DNA of 64,000 nt from an uncultured cyanobacterium (GTDB taxonomy: Bacteria > Cyanobacteriota > Cyanobacteriia > PCC-6307 > Cyanobiaceae). The stretch lies in the NCBI GenBank assembly GCA_963765575.1, contig CAVXWZ010000011.1:737546-801545 (forward strand). Direction: 5' to 3'. Below are positions 1 to 8,296 of the stretch, piece by piece (the first letter of the stretch is position 1; each line of letters begins with the position of its first letter). The notes under the pieces were generated by a model. That model was not told where the DNA came from. It searched no databases and saw nothing but the letters and a program-made list of their open reading frames with translations. Made by a program: the position numbers and the translations under genes.

Positions 1-195
1 CTCGCGCAGCCCGAAACCCACCCCCAGCGACAGCAGGGTGACGAGGGCGAGGGCGGCGAAGCTGCCCAGGAACACCCAGCGTCGCTGGTGACGGGCCGCC
101 AGGATCAGCGCCATGAAGAAGGTCTTGTCCCCCAGCTCGGCCAGGGTGATGGCGCCGAAGCTGGAGCCGAAGGCCGTCAGGGCGGGATCGCTCAC
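1..195 (-). CDS. GDT1/TMEM165 (UPF0016) family Ca2+/Mn2+ transporter, 5' part only (runs off window)
   Basis: Manual translation from GTG at 195: VSDPALTAFGSSFGAITLAELGDKTFFMALILAARH; contains the E-x-G-D-K-T family motif. Confidence 0.85.
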   Translation of the reverse strand, partial: MSDPALTAFGSSFGAITLAELGDKTFFMALILAARHQRRWVFLGSFAALALVTLLSLGVGFGLRE

Positions 196-212
196 AGATA
201 CTCCCCGATTCC

Positions 213-659
213 CTAGCGCACTACCAGCACGGGGCAGCTGCTGCCGAGCAGCACCCGCTGGGTTTCGCTGCCGATCAGCAGGCCCTCCAGCCCTCGCCGG
301 CCGTGGGAGCCCATCACAATCAGGTCACAGCCCGTGGCGTTGGCCTCCTCAAGAATCGCCTTGTGGGGCAGGGGGTGCATCACCGCCGTGTGCTCGGCCC
401 GCACGCCGGCTTTGGCGGCCACGGCGGTGGCCTCCTGCAGGATCGTCTCGGCCCGCTTGCTCGCTGCCTCCACCAGGGCCTCGATGGTGCTGGCCTCCAC
501 CAGTTCACCCACCCCAACCAGGCTGATGGGGTAGTTGTTCTGCACGTGCAGGAAACGCACCTGGGCCCCGAGGGCGGCGGCCAGGTTCACGGCCTCCTGG
601 ACCGCTCGTCCGGAGATCTCCGAGCCATCGGTGGGAACGAGCAGATGGTGGTAGGGCAT
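213..659 (-). CDS. Universal stress protein (UspA domain)
   Basis: YHHLLVPTDGS N-terminus and DLIVMGSHGRRG...IGSETQRVL...CPVLVV motifs. Confidence 0.92.
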   Translation of the reverse strand: MPYHHLLVPTDGSEISGRAVQEAVNLAAALGAQVRFLHVQNNYPISLVGVGELVEASTIEALVEAASKRAETILQEATAVAAKAGVRAEHTAVMHPLPHKAILEEANATGCDLIVMGSHGRRGLEGLLIGSETQRVLLGSSCPVLVVR

Positions 660-738
660 GGGGGCACGATCGGCAGCTCCGGTTTAATCCACCCGGCGAC
701 TTCTGGCACCTGACACCCGGTTTCGCTGCCCAGCTGTT

Positions 739-2796
739 TCAGTGCAGCGGCTCGCTGATCACCAGGATCGGGCCGGCCAGCCGGCGTAGCAGTCGACTGG
801 TGCGATCGCTGGCGGGAATCGGCAGTCCCGCCACCAGCCGGCGCTGGGAGCGCAGGATCACCAGGTCGTGGCTGCGGCTGGCCGCCACGATGGCGCTCTC
901 CACGCCCTGGTGGCTCTGCAGCACCACCCGCAGTTGCACGGCGCTGGGTCGTGCTGGCCAGCGCTGCAGTTCCGCCTGCAGCTCCAGGCGCTCCTGCCGG
1001 CTCAGGCGCGGGTCATGCAGGTGGAGCAGGGTGATCGTGCCGCCCAGTGCCGTCGCCAGGCGGTGGGCCAGCTGGAACTGCTCGATCGCCCCGGCGGTGA
1101 GGTCCTTGATCGGCACCAGCAGGCTGCGCAGCTGGCTGGGCGGCCGGGGCAGGTGGGCCACCACCACCGGGCAGGGGGCCTGCCGGCAGGTGGCGTCCAC
1201 CAGGTCGCCGAACAGCCAGCGCCCCAGGGGGCTGGGGGCGGTCAGGCCCATCAGCACCAGGTCACTGGCCTGTTCCACTGCCACCAGGGCGATGCCGCCG
1301 GCCACGTCGGGATCCACCCGCAGCAAGCTGCGGCAGGGTGCCTGCCAGGGCTCGGTGATCGCCTCGGCGCGCTCCAGCAGGCCCCTGGCCTGGGCCAAGG
1401 CGCTGGCCAAAGCGGGCAAACTCTGACCTCCCACCTCCGCCTGTCGGGGGGAGACCACCGCCAGGGGCAACACCTCCCCTGGCCGGTCGGCCTCACCACC
1501 CATCAGCAGGTGGGCCAGTTCCAGCAGGGGGGCTTCGGTGTCGGGATTCGACACCGGCACCAGCACCCGCAGAGCGCGGCAGGCCAGGGCTGCCTGGCCG
1601 CTGTCCGCCCCGCTCGGCCCGGTGGCCTTGGCCCGCCCCAGGCGGGGCATGGCCACGGCGGTGAGGTAGGGGCCCAGGGTGGCGGTGATCACCATCATCG
1701 CCAGCACGCTGTTGAGCACCATCTCATCCAGCAGGCCGGCCTGGTAGGCCACGAAGGTGGCCGCCAAGGTGGCCGCCACCTGGGGAATCGACAGCGACCA
1801 GAGGGTGAGGATCTGGGGCCCGTTGTAGCCGGAGAGTCGGCCGGTGCCCCAGGCGGCCAGAAACTTGGCGGCCAGCAGCCCGATGATCAGCAGCAGGGCG
1901 AAGGGTGAGCCGATGAGGGTGCCGGCGAAGGTGGGCAGGTTGAGCAGCAGGCCCAGATCAATGAAGAAGATCGGGATGAACAGGGCGGCCCCCACGAAGA
2001 TCACCTGCTCCTTCACCCGGCCTTCCGGCAGCACCCCGTTCACCGCCAGGCCGGCCAGGAAGGCGCCGATGATCTTTTCCACCCCGGCCAGCTCCGCTCC
2101 CATGGCGGCCAGGAACAGGGCCATCAGCACCGCCACGAACAGCCGGCTGTCGTTGTTGACGCTGCGCAGCACCAGGGGCTTGCCCAGGCGACGGATCAGC
2201 ACCAGCACAAGCGCTCCGAACAGGCCCACGCGCAGGGGCAGAGCCACCAGCTCCGCCGCCGAGGACTGTCCCTGGTGCAGCCCCATGCACAGAGCCAGCA
2301 GCAGCAGCGCCGCCAGGTCGGTGAAGATCGTGCCGCCGATGGCGACCACCACCGACTCCTCGCGCATCTCCCCATAGCTGCGCACGATCGGGTAGCCCAG
2401 GGGGGTGTGGGAGGAGAGCACCGAGCCCAGCAGCACGCTGCTCAGCAGGGAGTAACCAAAGCCCAGCCCGAGCATCAACCCCACCAGCAGCGGCAGGGTG
2501 AAGGTGAGCAGCCCGAAGCGCAGGGAGCGCTGCCGGATGCGGGCGAATTCGGCCAGGTCGATCTCCAGACCGGCGATGAACAGCAGATACACCACGCCCA
2601 CATCGGAGAGCAGACGCACCACCTCGCTCTCGGCCGTGATCCAGCCAAGGGTGTGGGGACCGATCAGGACCCCCGCCGCCAGCAGGCCCACCAGATCCGG
2701 CAGCCCCAGGCGCTGGATCATGGGTGGTACCAGCACACTCAGCCCCAACAGCAGCGCAAACACCGCCAGCGGGTTCTCGGCGAGAAAGGTGGACAA
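739..2796 (-). CDS. Cation:proton antiporter (CPA2/Kef type) with C-terminal USP-like domains
   Basis: Hydrophobic N-terminal ~380 aa (LFIAGLEIDL, IFTD, GAFLAG, FFIDLG) followed by VLVPVSNP...DLVLMG...APCPVVV. Confidence 0.88.
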   Translation of the reverse strand: MSTFLAENPLAVFALLLGLSVLVPPMIQRLGLPDLVGLLAAGVLIGPHTLGWITAESEVVRLLSDVGVVYLLFIAGLEIDLAEFARIRQRSLRFGLLTFTLPLLVGLMLGLGFGYSLLSSVLLGSVLSSHTPLGYPIVRSYGEMREESVVVAIGGTIFTDLAALLLLALCMGLHQGQSSAAELVALPLRVGLFGALVLVLIRRLGKPLVLRSVNNDSRLFVAVLMALFLAAMGAELAGVEKIIGAFLAGLAVNGVLPEGRVKEQVIFVGAALFIPIFFIDLGLLLNLPTFAGTLIGSPFALLLIIGLLAAKFLAAWGTGRLSGYNGPQILTLWSLSIPQVAATLAATFVAYQAGLLDEMVLNSVLAMMVITATLGPYLTAVAMPRLGRAKATGPSGADSGQAALACRALRVLVPVSNPDTEAPLLELAHLLMGGEADRPGEVLPLAVVSPRQAEVGGQSLPALASALAQARGLLERAEAITEPWQAPCRSLLRVDPDVAGGIALVAVEQASDLVLMGLTAPSPLGRWLFGDLVDATCRQAPCPVVVAHLPRPPSQLRSLLVPIKDLTAGAIEQFQLAHRLATALGGTITLLHLHDPRLSRQERLELQAELQRWPARPSAVQLRVVLQSHQGVESAIVAASRSHDLVILRSQRRLVAGLPIPASDRTSRLLRRLAGPILVISEPLH

Positions 2797-2871
2797 GCGC
2801 TGGCCGTGAACGGAGAGAGCAAGCTTGGCGGAGAGGGCCCTTGGCGTCTGTCCGCTGCGGCGGCGATGGCG

Positions 2872-3528
2872 TCAGTGCCAGCCGGTCCAGCCGGCCAGGT
2901 GGGAGGCCGCGGTGGAGCGGGCCAGGGCCCGGGCCGAGGGAAGGGCCGGCTCCAGGCGGGCGGAGCTGAAGGGCGGCAGGGGCCGCCGACGCAGCCAGGA
3001 GCCCCAGCGAAATTCGTGGAAGGGGATCAACGGAGCCGGTTGCACCACCCCCTCCCGTTTGAGCTTCCACACCAGGCTGCGGTAGGGGTCGTCCTGGAGA
3101 CCGAGCAGATTGCGGGGCAGCGCCTGGGCCGGCAGGGGGCCCAGCCCGCGGCCGTCAAAGAGGTAGAGCCAGCCGCGTCGTTGCAGCTCGGCCAGCACGG
3201 CACTGCGGTCGTCGGTGTCGAGCTGCAGGGCGATGTAGCCGAAGGCGGTGGCCTCGGGCATCAGCTCCAGCAGCCCCCGCAGCCGGTGGTGGCGGTCCAC
3301 CATCCAGTGGGCACCATCGGCGCTGCGCACCAGGGGCACGGGTTTGTTGCCCAGGTAGGTGCGCCGCTCCCGGCTGTTCTCGATCCGGAAATCGGCCTGA
3401 CGGCTGCGCACTTCCGCCAGCCCCACGCACAACTGGGTGGGCTGGAGCTCGGCGATCGACACTTCCAGCAGGGGCTCCCCTTCGGGCGGCGGCGGCAGGG
3501 GCTGGAAGGGGGGAAGGCGTAGGGCCAT
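2872..3528 (-). CDS. ParB-like nuclease domain protein (ParBc_2 type)
   Basis: LQPTQLCVG, VDRHHRLRG, LQDDPYRSLVW and PFHEFRWGSWLR motifs. Confidence 0.8.
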   Translation of the reverse strand: MALRLPPFQPLPPPPEGEPLLEVSIAELQPTQLCVGLAEVRSRQADFRIENSRERRTYLGNKPVPLVRSADGAHWMVDRHHRLRGLLELMPEATAFGYIALQLDTDDRSAVLAELQRRGWLYLFDGRGLGPLPAQALPRNLLGLQDDPYRSLVWKLKREGVVQPAPLIPFHEFRWGSWLRRRPLPPFSSARLEPALPSARALARSTAASHLAGWTGWH

Positions 3529-4061
3529 GGATCCATCCTCGCTTGCCTGTCGTCCGGCCGCAGACGCCGTGGTGACAGGGCTGCAGCCCGCGGCCGCGGC
3601 TGCCGGTGGCTACGGCCAGACAGCACCTCATCATGTGCAGGACAACACCGCCTGGAGGCCGCGGCAGGGGTTGTCTGCCCATGGCGACTGGGGTCTCCCG
3701 GCCTGTCTCGCCGCGGCTGCGATGGGGCGGACAAGCCTTGGATCAGGTTTGCTGATGGTTGCTCGGTTTCCCCATGTCGGCGCGGTTTTCCCCGGTTCCA
3801 AGAATGGTTTTCCACAGCCTGGTTGCTGTCCCCTGCGCTGGCGCCGGTGTCTCTGGGGAAAGCCAGCGGCTGGCCGCCGCTGCCTTGACAGCCCCCCGCC
3901 CCGCCTTTGGGGCCCAGCTGCCGCCCGTGGCACTGCCGCCGCAGGCCAGTGACTGCAACCAGTCTCAGCGATGACAGCGATGATCCCGCCGGTGGCGGGC
4001 GGCTTTGACGCGGCCCCCGCCGCTGTGGCGTAGTGGGGCTGACCAGCCGTGCAGAGCGCCC

Positions 4062-4271
4062 ATGTCCAAGGATTCCAACGAGGGGGCCATCAGCCTCGAG
4101 GCCGAGGTGCCCGAGGTGCTGTTCGACGGCATGCGCCAGTTCATCGAGCACCATCCCCAGTGGGATCAATACCGGCTGATCACCTCGGCGTTGGCCGGAT
4201 TCCTGTTCCAGCACGGCTGCAAGGACGCCTGTGTTCAGCAGCACTACCTCAACGGGCTGTTCCTGCGTTGA
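4062..4271 (+). CDS. DUF2811 family cyanobacterial protein
   Basis: ISLEAEVPEVLFDGMRQFIEHHPQWDQYRLITSALAGFLFQHG; ATG at 4062 chosen. Confidence 0.8.
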   Translation: MSKDSNEGAISLEAEVPEVLFDGMRQFIEHHPQWDQYRLITSALAGFLFQHGCKDACVQQHYLNGLFLR

Positions 4272-4275
4272 AGGC

Positions 4276-4303
4276 AAAAAAAAGCGGGGGAGCCATCCCC
4301 CGC
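4276..4303 (-). terminator. Intrinsic terminator
   Basis: Minus strand GCGGGGGA-TGGC-TCCCCCGC followed by T8. Confidence 0.85.
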
Positions 4304-4403
4304 CCGTGTTCTCCCTTGCCCGACCCGGTTAAAGGTCGCCTCGCCATTGTGCGCAGCAGCCCAGGCAGGGTTTGTGGCCACCGACACCGGATCGGCCCGG
4401 GCG

Positions 4404-6134
4404 TCAGGGAGCGCTGACGACGCTGTTCTGCTCCAGCCGCTGCCCGTTGCCCCGCCGCAGCCGTTCGGCCGCCGCCGTGCAGGCCCGCCAGGTGATCGCC
4501 ATCGACGTGAGCGTGGGGCTCTGCCAGCCGGCACTGGGCCAGCAGGCCCCATCCACCACCAGCAGGTTGGGCGCCTGCCAGCACTGGTTCCAGGGGTTCA
4601 CCACCCCGTCTTCGGGGGCAGCGGCCATGGCGGCGCCGCCCAGCTCATGGATGTAGTAGCCGGGCGGTGGCGCCGTGGGGCTCACCGCATGGCTGGAGCG
4701 AATCCAGGGCTCCAGCAGCGGCAGCACGAACAGCTCCTCGATCGGCCGGATCGTCCCCCCCGCCGCGGCCACCACCGCCGCCATGCGCTGCTGCATGTGC
4801 AGCACCATGGCCCGTTCGTTGGCGCCCCAGGCCATGGCGATGTGGGGGCTGGGCAGGCCCCAGGCGTCGAGGCGGCCGTGATCCAGGCTGACGCGGTTGT
4901 CGGGGTGGGGCAGCACCTCGCCATGGCCGATCAGGAAGCCGCTGGCCTCGTGGGGGCGGCGCCGCAGCGGCCGCGGTGGGTCGAATCGCTGCACCGCCGC
5001 CCAGAGGCCGTAGCCGCGCTGGAACCCCTCGGCGCCGGGGCCATCGAGGTTGACGGTGTTGGGGATGAAGCAGCTACCCGCCCCCGAGAGCTCCGCCGCC
5101 TGGGCCGGCGCCTCCCCAGCGGGCATGGAGAAGAAGCGGCTGCTGGAGATGTGATCCATCAACTGCCGGCCCAGGCCACCGGAGGAATCCACCAGGCCGC
5201 CGCCGCGCTCAGCCTCGCTGGAGTGCAGCAGGATCCGCAGGCTCTCGATCGTGGAGGCGCAGAGCACCACCAGGGGGGCCTCGAGCAGCTCCCGCGCGCC
5301 ACTGGCGGCATCCACCGCCACCAGCCCGCGCACCCGGCGCTGGTCGGCGTGCAGCAGCACATGGCTCACCACCACCTGGCTGCGCAGTTCGGTGCGGCCC
5401 GTGGCCAGGGCCCGCGCCAGCGTGCTCCCGGGGCTGGCCGAACGGGGCCAGGCGGGAGGCCCGTGGCGGTGCCCGTGGGCGGATGGCCGTGGACCCACGC
5501 CGCGGGAGTGAATGAAGGGCAGGCCCAGGCCCTCGCGCACCGCCTGGCCCAGCTGCCGTTCCGCCGGCGTGAAGGGCAGGGGCGGGGCGTAGTGGCCATC
5601 GGGCAGCTGGGGCAGGCCATCGGCCTGGCCATGCACCCCCAGCAGCGGCTCCAGGCGGTCGTAGTAGGGCGCCAGATCGGCGCTGGCGATCGGCCAGGAG
5701 GGGCTGCGGCCATCGCGCTCGCCGGCCTTGAATTCGTAGTCGCTCAAGCGCAGGGTGATGCCACCCCAGGTGAGACTGCGGCCGCCCACCTGGCGGCCCC
5801 GGGTCCACAGGAAAGGTTGATCCGGCGGCGTGCTGTAGGGGTTGCGGCGCTCATCGACGAACAGGTCCGGGTTCTGCTTCCAGAAGCCAGGGTGATGGCC
5901 CTGCAGGCGCTGTTTGCCACTGGCCAGGTTGGTGAGCCGACGCAGGCTGTTCAGCGGTTCGCTGCCGAAGGCCCGGCCGGGTTGCATCTGCGGGCCGGCC
6001 TCCAGCACCAGCACCCGCAGACCCGCCTCCGCCAGCACCATGGCCGCCACTCCGCCGGTGGCGCCAGAGCCCACCACGATCGCGTCCGCTGCTGGGGCCA
6101 TGGGGTCAGGCGGTTCAGCCGCTGAGGCTGGCAT
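4404..6134 (-). CDS. GMC family oxidoreductase (start may be 6101)
   Basis: IVVGSGATGG FAD-binding motif, GRQVGGRSLTWGG, HELGGAAM, NLLVVDGACWP...SPTLT. Confidence 0.9.
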   Translation of the reverse strand: MPASAAEPPDPMAPAADAIVVGSGATGGVAAMVLAEAGLRVLVLEAGPQMQPGRAFGSEPLNSLRRLTNLASGKQRLQGHHPGFWKQNPDLFVDERRNPYSTPPDQPFLWTRGRQVGGRSLTWGGITLRLSDYEFKAGERDGRSPSWPIASADLAPYYDRLEPLLGVHGQADGLPQLPDGHYAPPLPFTPAERQLGQAVREGLGLPFIHSRGVGPRPSAHGHRHGPPAWPRSASPGSTLARALATGRTELRSQVVVSHVLLHADQRRVRGLVAVDAASGARELLEAPLVVLCASTIESLRILLHSSEAERGGGLVDSSGGLGRQLMDHISSSRFFSMPAGEAPAQAAELSGAGSCFIPNTVNLDGPGAEGFQRGYGLWAAVQRFDPPRPLRRRPHEASGFLIGHGEVLPHPDNRVSLDHGRLDAWGLPSPHIAMAWGANERAMVLHMQQRMAAVVAAAGGTIRPIEELFVLPLLEPWIRSSHAVSPTAPPPGYYIHELGGAAMAAAPEDGVVNPWNQCWQAPNLLVVDGACWPSAGWQSPTLTSMAITWRACTAAAERLRRGNGQRLEQNSVVSAP

Positions 6135-7374
6135 CCAGGCGGATCAGGCTGTGCAGCAGCACGTTCACCCCCTGTTCGCACTGTTGGGGTGAGGTGAACT
6201 CAGCGGCCGAGTGGGACACGCCATCGCGGCTGGGCACGAAGATCATGCCCATGGCGGTGAGGCGGCCGAGCTCCTGGGCGTCGTGGCTGGCGCGGCTGGG
6301 CAGGTGGGTGTAGCTGAGGCCGAGATCGGCGCAGGCCTCGCTGATCACGTCCTGCACCCTGGCGTCGGCGGGGCTGGGATCCACCACGAACTGGGGCGTG
6401 ATGGCTATGCGGGTGCGGCGGGCCACGGCGATGGTCTCGATGCGCCGCTCCAGCTGGGCCTTCATGTGGTCGATTACGTCGTGGGAGAGATCGCGCATGT
6501 CGAGGGTGAACTCCACCCGGCCGGGCACGATGTTGGCGGCGTTGGGCCACACCGTGAGCTTGCCCACCGTGGCCACCGGATCACCGGGGTAGTGCAGGGC
6601 CATGTCCTCGATGGCCAGGATGATCTGGGCGGCGGCGGCGAGGGCGTCGCGGCGCATCTCCATGGGGGTGGTGCCGGCATGGTTGGCCTGGCCGCTGACG
6701 CTGATGGTGTAGCGCTGCTGGCCCACCACCCCTTCCACCACCCCGATCTGCTTGCCCACCGCCTCCAGCACGCCACCCTGCTCCACGTGCAGTTCCAGGA
6801 AGGCGGCCATCCCCTGGCGGGTGCGGCGGGCGCTCTGGCGTTGGTTCCAATCGCCACCGATGCTGGCCAGTCCCTCCTGGATCGGCACCCCGAGGCTGGT
6901 GGAGTAGCTGCTGGGGTCGTCGGATCCATGGCCGACCATCGATTTGCAGCCCACCATCGTGCTCTCCTCATCGGCGAAGGCGATCACCTCGATGGGGTGC
7001 TGCAGGCGCAGCTCGTGCTCGGCCAGTACCCGCACCACCTCAATCCCCCCCAGCACCCCCAGGGCACCGTCGTAGAGGCCACCCTCCGGCACCGTGTCGA
7101 TGTGGGAGCCGGTGGCCAGCACCGGGGCCTCGGGCCTGAGGCCGTCGTAGCGGCCGATCAGGTTGCCCGCCGCATCGATGCGCACGGCCATGCCGGCCTC
7201 CTCCATCCAGCCCTGCACCAGGGCGCGCGCGGCCCGGTCCTCCTCGCTGAAGGCCAGTCGGCGCACGGCCCCGGACGGCAGCCGGCCGATCTGCCCCAGG
7301 TCCGAAAGGCTGCGCGCCAGGCGAGCGCCGTCGGCGGCCAGACCGGTGGGCGGGGCGGAGAGGAGCTGGCTCAT
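6115..7374 (-). CDS. Zn-dependent M20 amidohydrolase (N-carbamoyl-L-amino acid hydrolase / allantoate amidohydrolase family)
   Basis: GSHIDTVPEGGLYDGALG, DEES, ELHVEQG, NHAGTTPM, SHDA, GVSHS; ATG at 7374 preferred over the longer ORF start at 7503. Confidence 0.9.
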   Translation of the reverse strand: MSQLLSAPPTGLAADGARLARSLSDLGQIGRLPSGAVRRLAFSEEDRAARALVQGWMEEAGMAVRIDAAGNLIGRYDGLRPEAPVLATGSHIDTVPEGGLYDGALGVLGGIEVVRVLAEHELRLQHPIEVIAFADEESTMVGCKSMVGHGSDDPSSYSTSLGVPIQEGLASIGGDWNQRQSARRTRQGMAAFLELHVEQGGVLEAVGKQIGVVEGVVGQQRYTISVSGQANHAGTTPMEMRRDALAAAAQIILAIEDMALHYPGDPVATVGKLTVWPNAANIVPGRVEFTLDMRDLSHDVIDHMKAQLERRIETIAVARRTRIAITPQFVVDPSPADARVQDVISEACADLGLSYTHLPSRASHDAQELGRLTAMGMIFVPSRDGVSHSAAEFTSPQQCEQGVNVLLHSLIRLDASLSG

Positions 7375-7555
7375 GGGCGGTGGCGGTTCGGTGCTGAAGG
7401 ACTGGGCGTGGCCCTGGTGGGGGCGGTCGTCACCACTGGTGGTTTCCCGTCCCGTTGCGACAATGGTGTGCTCGGTGACAGCCGGGCGCCGCGTGGTGAA
7501 CAATCATCAGCCCCATTCACTTTGAACGGCGGATCGCCCCGCTGCGCACACCGCG

Positions 7556-8296
7556 ATGACCTTCTCGATCGTGGCCTGGGATGCGTCCACCGGCATGACC
7601 GGTGTCGGAGTGGCAACCAAGCATCTGGCGGTGGGCTCACTCGTGCCCCATGCCCGTGCCGGCGTGGGGGCCGTGGCCACCCAGGCCAACACCAATCCCT
7701 ACTTCGGTCCCTGGGCGCTGGATCGCCTTGAGCAACTGCAGCACCAGAGTCAGGGCGAGCAGGGGGCTGACGCGGTGCTCGAATCACTGCTGCGGGACGA
7801 TCCGGGCCGCGATGGCCGCCAGGTCATGCTCGTGGATGGTCAGGGCCGCAGCGCCGCCTGGACCGGCGAGGGCTGCGCCGGCATCGCCGCCCATCGCTGC
7901 TATCCCGGCTTCGCGGTGGCGGGAAACTTTCTGGGTTCCGACCTGGTGCTGCTGGCGATGGCCGAGGCCTACATGGCCGCCGAGCGCCAGGGGCTGAGCC
8001 TGGAAGAGCGCCTGTTGCTGGCCCTCGAGGCCGGTGAGGCCCACGGCGGCGACCACCGCGGCCGCCAGTCGGCAGCCCTGCTGGTGATGCACCAGGAGAG
8101 CTACCCCCACGGCGACTTCCGGGTGGACCATCACCCCGAGCCCCTGGTGGCCCTGCGCGAGATCCTCACCGAGACCGAGCGCGAGTACTACACCGGCTTC
8201 CGCGCCGGACTGCCCACCACCCTGGGCTTGGCTCAGCCCGCCACAGCTCACTCCCCCATGTCTCAGTCAACGGACGACATGCCGATCAGGGCGTAG
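7556..8296 (+). CDS. DUF1028 family (Ntn-hydrolase-like) protein
   Basis: MTFSIVAWD...GVGVAT...AVGSLVP...GAVATQA, AGN, GGDHRGRQSAAL, RVDHHPEP. Confidence 0.88.
   Translation: MTFSIVAWDASTGMTGVGVATKHLAVGSLVPHARAGVGAVATQANTNPYFGPWALDRLEQLQHQSQGEQGADAVLESLLRDDPGRDGRQVMLVDGQGRSAAWTGEGCAGIAAHRCYPGFAVAGNFLGSDLVLLAMAEAYMAAERQGLSLEERLLLALEAGEAHGGDHRGRQSAALLVMHQESYPHGDFRVDHHPEPLVALREILTETEREYYTGFRAGLPTTLGLAQPATAHSPMSQSTDDMPIRA

Noticed and set aside
3807..3815. DnaA box next to a ParB-like gene as a replication origin
   Set aside because: Single box, no box array or AT-rich unwinding element, no dnaA/dnaN nearby.
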